From Macrostomum lignano (taxonomy: Eukaryota), in assembly GCA_002269645.1 (NCBI GenBank), contig NIVC01002921.1, positions 1 through 64,000 on the forward strand: 64,000 nt of DNA. Direction: 5' to 3'. This document shows positions 55,270-64,000 of this stretch, piece by piece (the first letter of the stretch is position 1; each line of letters begins with the position of its first letter). The position numbers and the translations under genes are program-made. The notes under the pieces are model-generated. The model had not been told where the DNA came from, did no database searches, and saw only the letters and a program-made list of their open reading frames with translations.

Positions 55270-56510
55270 GGCCAGGCAGTTGGACACTGAGGCAGACAGA
55301 CTCTAAGACAGACTCTAAGACAGACAGAGTCAAGGACCGAGCCAGACACAGAGACAGACACTGAGATAGGATCTAAGACAGATACCGAGACAGACACTGA
55401 TACAGACACTAAGACAGACACTAATGCAGATACGGAGACAGACACCACGACAAACACCGAGACAGACACCACGACAGACACTAAGACAGACACTGATACA
55501 GACACTAAGACAGACACTAATGCAGATACGGAGACAGACACCACGACAGACACCGAGACAGACACCACGACAGACACTAAGACAGACACCGAGACAGACA
55601 CTAAGACAGACACAGAGATAGATACCGAGACAGACACTGAGACAGACATAGAGACAGACACTGAGATAGGCTCTAAGACAGATACCGAGACAGACACTGA
55701 TACAGACACTAAGACAGACACTAATGCAGATACGGAGACAGACACCGAGACAGACACTGAGACAGACACAGAGACAGACACCGAGACAGACACCGAGACA
55801 GACACTGAGACAGACACAGAGATAGACACCGAGACAGACACTGAGACAGACACAGAGATAGACACTGAGACAGACACTGAGACAGACACAGAGATAGACA
55901 CCGAGACAGACACTGATACAGACACTAAGACAGACACTAATGCAGATACGGAGACAGACACCACGACAGACACCGAGACAGACACCGAGACAGACACTAA
56001 GACAGACACAGAGATAGATACCGAGACAGACACTGAGACAGACATAGAGACAGACACTGAGATAGGCTCTAAGACAGATACCGAGACAGACACTGATACA
56101 GACACTAAGACAGACACTAATGCAGATACGGAGACAGACACCACGACAAACACCGAGACAGACACCACGACAGACACTAAGACAGACACCGAGACAGACA
56201 CTAAGACAGACACAGAGAGAGACACCGAGACAGACACTAAGACAGACACTAATGCAGATACGGAGACAGACACCGAGACAGACACCGAGACAGACACTGA
56301 GACAGACACAGAGATAGACACCGAGACAGACACTGAGACAGACACAGGGAGAGACAACGCGACAGACACAGAGACAGACACCGAGACAGACACCGAGACA
56401 GACACTGAGACAGACACTGAGACAGACACTGAGATAGACACTGAGACACTGACACTGAGACAGACACCGAGACACAGACACTGAGACAGACATAGAGACA
56501 GACTCTGCGA
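55270..56510. repeat. 12-bp GACA-derived minisatellite (GAGACAGACACC/T) with higher-order repeats
   Basis: Explains the VS/CL/RQT-repeat ORFs. Confidence 0.95.
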
Positions 56511-57169
56511 GCGCGTAAGACAGCCTCTGCGGCAGACACCGAGCCAGACGCAGAGCGTAATAAGGTTTGCAAAAAAATATAATCATAAACTGTTTCGTAT
56601 CGATCGTGCATATTTTAAGAACGAAGAAACTACTTATTTCGATCTGTGCGTATCCTTTGCTGTTGTGCACTAGAAATTGAGTTTTTTAAAACATTTTATA
56701 CTGCACCTTATTGCGATAGCTTGTTGCGGATGTTTAACTAAGCGCAGAAGTTTTTTATGTAAAGTATTTACAGTTATTTTAGTATTTCAATGATTCGAAT
56801 AGGCGGTAGTCTCTTCTTATCAGCTTTGGTTGGATTTACCCAATGCTTCACGAAAATTATTCATCTTTTTTGAGTACTGAACGTCGGCATTTACACCGTT
56901 GAACTCTGCCCGTTAATTACATTGGACAGTTGATTAATTAATAAAACAAATTCATTTTCTATTATTTTACTGCACAGAATCTTATGGGATAATGTATTGT
57001 AAATTTTACATCTATATATTCTTCGTGCGAGATGCGCATTGCTGTTGTAAATAATGTTTTATCATGTAATAAATTCAATATCATGCAGCGGCATTCTTGC
57101 TTTTAAGTTGCTTTGCTTATTTCAAAGAATTGGAAATTGTCAGCTTAAAATATGATCTATGTTATCTCA

Positions 57170-58130
57170 TCTCTGGTCTTACTCTAATCCCGCTCTAATG
57201 TTAATCTAATCTCACCCTGATCTCATTCTGATTACACTCTAATCTCATTCTGATCTCACCCTGTTGTTTCTCTAATCTCAACCTAATCTCACTCTGATCT
57301 CGCTCTAATCTCACCCTGATCTCAATATAATCTCACCTATTCTCACTCTAATCTCACCCTGATCTCACTATAATCTCACCCTGGTCTCACTCTTATCTCA
57401 CCATGATCTCACCATGATCTCACTATAATCTCATTCTGGTCTTATTCTAATTATACTCGAATCTCATTCTGATCTCATACTGATTACACTCTAATCTCAT
57501 TCTGATCTCACCCTGTTGTTTCTCTAATCTCAACCTAATCTTACTCTGATCTCGCTCTAATCTCACCATGATCTCACTATAATCTCACCATGGTTTCACT
57601 CTAATCTCACCCTGATCTCATTATAATCTCACTCTAATCTCACCCTGATCTCACTATAATCTCACCCTGGTCTCACTCTAATCTCACCATGATCTCACTA
57701 TAATCTCATTCTGGTCTCATTCTAATTATACTCGAATCTCATTCTGATCTCATTCTGATTACACTCTAATCTCATTCTGATCTCACCCTGTTGTTTCTCT
57801 AATCTCAACCTAATCTTACTCTGATCTCGCTCTAATCTCACCCTGATCTCACTATAATCTCACCATGGTTTCACTCTAATCTCACCCTGATCTCACTATA
57901 ATCTCACCCTAGTCTCACTCTAATCTCACCCTGATCTCACTATAATCTCACCCTGGTCTCACTCTAATCTCACCCTGATCTCACTATAATCTCATTCTGG
58001 TCTCATTCTAATTATACTCGAATCTCATTCTGTTCTCACCCTGATCTCAACCTGATCTCACCCTAATCTCACTTGTATTTCGCTCTGATCTTGCTTTGAC
58101 ATCACCTTGACTTTACTCTGATCGCACTGT
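57170..58130. repeat. 11/22-bp minisatellite (TCTCACCCTGATCTCACTATAA)
   Basis: Degenerate ATCTCA-based units with a larger repeated block. Confidence 0.9.
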
Positions 58131-58245
58131 GTTTGCTATCTGATCTCTGGAAATCCTATCTCTCTAAGTAGCCCAATTTCAGAAAGCCACCATAACTGAA
58201 GGCCTTATTAAATCGCTTGCATGTAGCTGCATCTGGCTGCCAGTC

Positions 58246-58741
58246 ATGCCCCAGTCTACATCGTTCAGCTTCCTATTTGGTGCTTCATCAGCGGCCATAA
58301 TCTTGTCAACGTCAGATTGCTCAGCCCTAATCAGCCTCGGCAGTGACGAGCAGCTGTGCGCCTGGTCGGCCTGGGCCGCCTGCCCCCAGTGCAAAACAGT
58401 GCGCACCCGCGCCTGCCGCTGTTCCGCTGCCGCTCCGCCATCGCCGCCACCTGTAGGATTCGGTCTGCAGGCCACTACGGTTGCGCCAGCTGAGCCTTCC
58501 AGCTGTCCAGCCGGCGTCATCCAGGGCGGCGAGTGCCCCAGCGATCCGGCCGCCTGTTTCTACGCTGGCTCATCGTCGGGCATCCTGACGCTGGGCCTGT
58601 CGCTGCTGTTTCTGAGCTGCATCCTGCTGGTCTGGCTGAAGATGCGGCGGGGGATCGCCGGCGGCGCCCCGGCTCGGCGAGCCGCCATGATGAGCAGGTG
58701 AGGCGCTGAATTTTCTGTCCCAGTCTGTCTTAGTGTCTGTA

Positions 58742-58796
<55 letters not shown>

Positions 58797-58917
58797 ATGT
58801 CCGTCTGTCTGTATGTCTGTATGTCTGTATGTCTGTCTGTATGTTTGTCTGTCTGTCTGTATGTCTGTCTTAGTGTCTGTCTTAGTGTCTGTCTGTCTGT
58901 ATGTCTGTCTGTCTTAG

Positions 58918-58968
<51 letters not shown>

Positions 58969-59014
58969 AATGTCTGTCTGTCTGTCTGTATGTCTGTATG
59001 TCTGTCTGTCTGTA

Positions 59015-59045
<31 letters not shown>

Positions 59046-59713
59046 ATGTCTGTATGTCTGTCTGTATGTCTGTCTGTCTGTCTGTATGTCTGTCTGTCTG
59101 TATGTCTGTCTGTCTGTATGTCTGTCTGTCTGTATGTCTGTCTGTATGTCTGTCTGTCTGTATGTCTGTCTGTCCGTCTGTATGTCTGTCTGTCTGTCTG
59201 CCTGCCTGTCTGTATTCTGTATGCCTAGCTTCTATACTAGACCCAACTCCCTGTTCGGCATTCGAACCTCTATCGCTTTTATTATTTCATTATTTCTACA
59301 AAACTGACAGCTCCCGGCACTCTGCTGCGCTCAACGCCATGTCTATCCCGCCGATTTCAACTGGCGCGGCCGTCCGCGCCCCCGCGCCAGCTTACGACGC
59401 TCCGCCCTCTTACATCGAGTGCGTCCTGGACTCCGGCTCCGGCCCAGCCGCCGCGGCCGCCCCTGGCCCGGGGCCGGACGACCTGCCCCCAGACTACGAG
59501 GAGGCCGTGGCCCGTTTCAAGCGCGAAGTTCAATTTTCAACACAGCGATGCCCAGCGCAGCATTGTCTTGGCGGCGGCGATAATTGCGCTTTTGTTGGCG
59601 ATGATTCTGTGGTGGATCATCCGGCTGCTGATGCCGCCGTTGACGATGGCACTGATGATGCTGGTGCCGGTTCAGACACTGATAGGGCGGGGAACACTGT
59701 GCCGCAGGCCTGA
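58246..59713 (+). CDS. Type I membrane protein with one TSP1-like repeat and PPxY motifs (about 284 aa, 2 exons)
   Basis: Exons 58246-58697 and 59311-59713 (AG|gtgagg...cag|C, phase 2). Signal-like N-terminus, CAWSAWAACPQCKTVRTRACRC (TSP1 WSxW/RxR pattern), TM ILTLGLSLLFLSCILLVWL, and tail motifs PPSY and LPPDY. Confidence 0.7.
58720..59215. repeat. (GTCT/GTAT)n intronic microsatellite
   Basis: Direct tandem run. Confidence 0.95.
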
Positions 59714-59734
59714 TGGTGCTTATGAGAATCATCA

Positions 59735-60770
59735 GATTGAATCCAGATTGTGATCAGATGGAATCTAGACTGTAATCAGATGGAATCCTAGATTGTGATA
59801 AGATGGAGTCTAGATTGTGATCAGATGGAATCTAGATTGTGATCAGATGGAATCCTAGATTGTGATCAGATGGAGTCTAGATTGTGATCAGATGGAATCT
59901 AGATTGTGATCAGATGGAATCTAGATTGTGATCAGATGGAATCTAGACTGTGATCAGATGGAATCCTAGATTGTAATCAGATGGAATCTAGATTGTGATC
60001 AGATGGAATCCTAGATTGTAATCAGATCGAATCTAGATTGTGATCAGATGGAATCCTAGATTGTGATCAGATAGGATCTAGATTGTGATCAGATGGAATC
60101 CTAGATTGTGATCAGATAGGATCTAGATTGTGATCAGATAGGATCTAGATTGTGATCAGATAGAATCTAGATTGTGATCAGATAGGATCTAGATTGTGAT
60201 CAGATAGGATCTAGATTGTGATCAGATGGAATCCTAGATTGTGATCAGATGGAATCCTAGATTGTGATCAGATAGGATCTGGATTGTGATCAGATAGAAT
60301 CTAGACTGTGATCAGATGGAATCCTAGATTGTAATCAGATGGAATCCTAGATTGTGATCAGATAGGATCTAGATTGTGATCAGATAGGATCTAGATTGTG
60401 ATCAGATAGGATCTAGATTGTGATCAGATAGGATCTAGATTGTGATCAGATAGGATCTAGATTGTGATCAGATGGAATCCTAGATTGTGATCAGATGGAA
60501 TCCTAGATTGTGATCAGATGGAATCCTAGATTGTGATCAGATGGAATCCTAGATTGTGATCAGATGGAATCCTAGATTGTGATCAGATGGAATCCTAGAT
60601 TGTGATCAGATTGAATCCTAGATTGTGATCAGATGGAATCCTAGATTGTGATCAGATGGAATCCTAGATTGTGATCAGATGGAATCCTAGATTGTGATCA
60701 GATGGAGTCTAGATTGTGATCAGATGGATCACAATGATCAGATGATCAGATGGATTTAGATTGTGATTTA
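59735..60770. repeat. 22/23-bp minisatellite (TAGATTGTGATCAGATGGAATCC)
   Basis: Begins about 20 nt after the stop at 59713. Confidence 0.95.
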
Positions 60771-61579
60771 GAATTTAACATATGCCAGGCTGACTAGCCA
60801 AAATATTTGTTTATCACTCCAAAGTCAGTTTTCCCAACAGTTTATTCCCATTTTGAACCTGTGCCATGTAAATAAATCAGATATTATAAAATATCCGCTG
60901 CAATCAAAACGTTTAGCCGCTCAAATTTCTCGGCTTTTGTTGCCTGAAATGCTTGGCTTACTCCGTATCGAATAATTCTGTGCTTCAATACCTTCGAAAA
61001 CAGCAGGTTTCTATAATTCCACCGCAGTAAATGTTTTGTAATAATTAACCTTAATTAGCCTAATTTTGTCAAAGAATACTATCAGCGCTGTGAACTGATG
61101 CGGGTGCTGCATTACGCTGTCATTCTTCTCATACTTTGCTAGCTTTTGTTGGTGATTGCTAATTTTAGCTTTTTTGCTTGATTTTCCGCTTTTATCTAAG
61201 TTCCATGGTGTGTGTAAAATGCATTGTACATACCAGTACATAACTTACTCGAGTCCAAAGCAATATTTTATTGCTGTCATAGCAACTAATCTTCAAATGC
61301 CTTACGCCTTATCCTTGCACGTATCAGTCAACTAAATTTCTGGGTAGCTTTTTGAAGTGTCAGCTGTGGCTTTGTATTGTTCGACTTTTACAACAAGCGC
61401 TTAGATTCATCTCTTGTCGTCTTGTTTTTGGCGGTTTAGTTGTTGAAGAGAAATCTTTTTCCATTTTTTTTGTTTTCAATTTGCAGTATCTTAAAACTCC
61501 TAGCGAGTGTCTTGCCGCTGTCTTTGTCATTTATAGTTGTTGGGTGGCTGTTTGAAGTAGAAACCATTGTGTCGGACTG

Positions 61580-62600
61580 TTATGTTGTCAGCCATGATCT
61601 TGTCAGCGATTATGTCAGCTATGTTGTTGTCAGTAATTTTGTCACCGATGATTGTGCCAGATTCTGACTTTAATCAGTGATGGTTTCGTCGGACATTTTT
61701 AGTGCTCTCAGTGATGATCTTGTCTGAGATTCTGTCAGCAATAGTCTTGTCAGATTGTGTCAGCGATGTTCTTGTCAGAGATTCTTTTAGCGATGGTCTT
61801 GTCAGAGATTCTGTCAGCGATGGTCTTGTCAGAGATTCTGTCAGCGATGGTCTTGTCAGAGATTCTGTCAGCGATGGTCTTGTCAGAGATTCGAGATTCT
61901 GTCAGCGATGGTCTTGTCAGAGATTCTGTCAGCGATGGTCTTGTCAGAGATTCGAGATTCTGTCAGCGATGGTCTTGTCAGAGATTCGAGATTCTGTCAG
62001 CGATGGTCTTGTCAGAGATTCTATCAGCGATAGTCTTTTAAGAGATTCTGTCTGTAATTGTCTTGTCAGAGATTCTGTCAGAAATGGTCTTGTCAGAGAT
62101 TCTGTCAGCGATGGTCTTGTCAGAGATTCTGTCAGCGATGGTCTTGTCAGAGATTCGAGATTCTGTCAGCGATGGTCTTGTCAGAGATTCTGTCAGCGAT
62201 GGTCTTGTCAGAGATTCGAGATTCTGTCAGCGATGGTCTTGTCAGAGATTCGAGATTCTGTCAGCGATGGTCTTGTCAGAGATTCTATCAGCGATAGTCT
62301 TTTAAGAGATTCTGTCTGTAATTGTCTTGTCAGAGATTCTGTCAGAAATGATCTTGTCAGAGATTCTGTCAGGAATGGTCTTGTCAGAGATTCTGTCAGT
62401 ACTTGTCTTGTCAGAGATTCTGTCAGCGATGGTCTTGTCAGAGATTCTGTCAGCGATGGTCTCGTCAGATTGTGTCAGCGATGTTCTTGTCAGAGATTCT
62501 TTCAGCGATGGTCTTGTCAGAGATTCTGTCAGCGATGGTCTTGTCAGAGATTCTGTCAGCGATTGTCTTGTCAGAGATTCTGTCAGTTGTTATTTAGTCA
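61580..62600. repeat. 27-bp minisatellite (GTCAGAGATTCTGTCAGCGATGGTCTT)
   Basis: Period 27 with GATTCGA insertion variants; decays gradually toward the 5' side. Confidence 0.93.
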
Positions 62601-62723
62601 GAGTCATTCTAATATCTTTATTCGCGCGATTCCAGTGTCACTGAACGAGACATCCGCACAGTGGGCCCAGCCAGTTCATAGCCGGGGTCGCTCACTGCCA
62701 GCAGTTGAACCCTGATCAGCGCC

Positions 62724-63027
62724 ATGACCAGCCTGTGCATATTCAAAGACGGCGTATTCGACTGCCGTGCCCGCCTAGTCGGCCTGGACGCCCAGGCGCG
62801 AGCCGTTTACGCCCGCGCCGACTCCTGCGCTGTGCTGTCCCGTCAGGGCCGCTGGTGCTACGCAGACGGCCGCCTGGCCGAGAGCCTGCAGGCTGATGTG
62901 CTCGGCCGGACTCGCTGCCTGGCCGCCGGGCCGGACGGACTCTATCTGGTGGACGAGGCCGCCGGCCGGGTCAGCTTTCTGGCCTGGGGGCAGGCGGCCC
63001 TGCGCCCCATCACTCTGCCCAGTCCGG
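62724..63027 (+). CDS. Probable first coding exon of an unidentified (possibly beta-propeller) protein
   Basis: GC-rich island with GCCATG start, open frame MTSLCIFKDG...GPDGLYLVDEAAGRVSFLAWG..., and donor CCGG|gtgcgt at 63027. The rest of the gene is beyond the repeat or the window. Confidence 0.45.
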
Positions 63028-63129
63028 GTGCGTTTTGCTAAGTCTTAAATTCGAACATGTTTAATTAGAGATTCCAATCATTTCTCTTCGGTATGAGTCT
63101 CCAATTCTAAGAAATCAATAATTTTGATT

Positions 63130-64000
63130 CTTCAGTTATAAGAAATCAAATTTGAGCCTCCGATTCTAAGAAATCATGAGTTTGAACCATCGATTCTAAG
63201 AAATCATCAGTTTGAACCTCCGATTCTAAGAAATCATCAGTTTGAACCACCGATTCTAAGAAATCATCAGTTTGAACATCCGATTCTAAGAAATCATCAG
63301 TTTGAACCACCGATTCTAAGAAATCATCAGTTTGAACCACCGATTCTAAGAAATCATCAGTTTGAACATCCGATTCTAAGAAATCATCAGTTTGAACCTC
63401 CGATTCTAAGAAATCATCAGTTTGAACCACCGATTCTAAGAAATCATCAGTTTGAACATCCGATTCTAAGAAATCATCAGTTTGAACCACCGATTCTAAG
63501 AAATCATCAGTTTGAACATCCGATTCTAAGAAATCATCAGTTTGAACCACCGATTCTAAGAAATCATCAGTTTGAACCACCGATTCTAAGAAATCATCAG
63601 TTTGAACCTCCGATTCTAAGAAATCATCAGTTTGAACATCCGATTCTAAGAAATCATCAGTTTGAACCTCCGATTCTAAGAAATCATCAGTTTGAACATC
63701 CGATTCTAAGAAATCATCAGTTTGAACCTCCGATTCTAAGAAATCATCAGTTTGAACCTCCGATTCTAAGAAATCATCAGTTTGAACCACCGATTCTAAG
63801 AAATCATCAGTTTGAACATCCGATTCTAAGAAACCATCAGTTTGAACCTCCGATTCTAAGAAATCATCAATCTTAACCCCCCAATTCTAAGAAATCATAA
63901 GTTTGAACATCCAATTCTAAGAAATTATCAATATAGAGTGTAGTTCTAGAAAAGCATCAATTAGAGTTTCCGATTCTAAGAAATCATTAAGTTGAACCTC
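63130..64000. repeat. 30-bp minisatellite (CGATTCTAAGAAATCATCAGTTTGAACCAC)
   Basis: Period 30; explains ORF 63146..63790. Confidence 0.97.

Overview
Eukaryotic (animal) genomic DNA: GC-rich, intron-split coding exons sit in AT-rich spacers, and micro/minisatellites fill a very large share of the window, including most introns. This style suggests a repeat-rich invertebrate such as the flatworm Macrostomum (inference only). Genes reconstructed by hand with GT-AG junctions and consistent phases: an ORD-only oxysterol-binding protein (ORP1/ORP2 type, 7 exons, apparent 1-nt frameshift near the stop), an FHA+PHD TCF19-like gene, a CCSAP-like ciliary gene with an RFX X-box over its ATG, GDP-fucose transporter SLC35C1, an SLC17-family MFS transporter, a C2H2 zinc-finger gene, two small single-pass membrane proteins with PPxY tails (one with a TSP1 repeat), and the first exon of an unidentified gene. 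Mobile DNA: a deleted hAT element and a P-like MITE (both with 8-bp TSDs), a 5'-truncated RNase H LINE with a 12-bp TSD, a Gypsy gag relic and tRNA-derived SINEs. The most unusual region is about 24.3-28.0 kb. It has 14 exact GTCTATGG/CCATAGAC sites in both orientations, nested inverted repeats and hairpins, and decayed fragments that resemble a Crypton-type tyrosine recombinase. All protein assignments come from motif recognition, not database searches.
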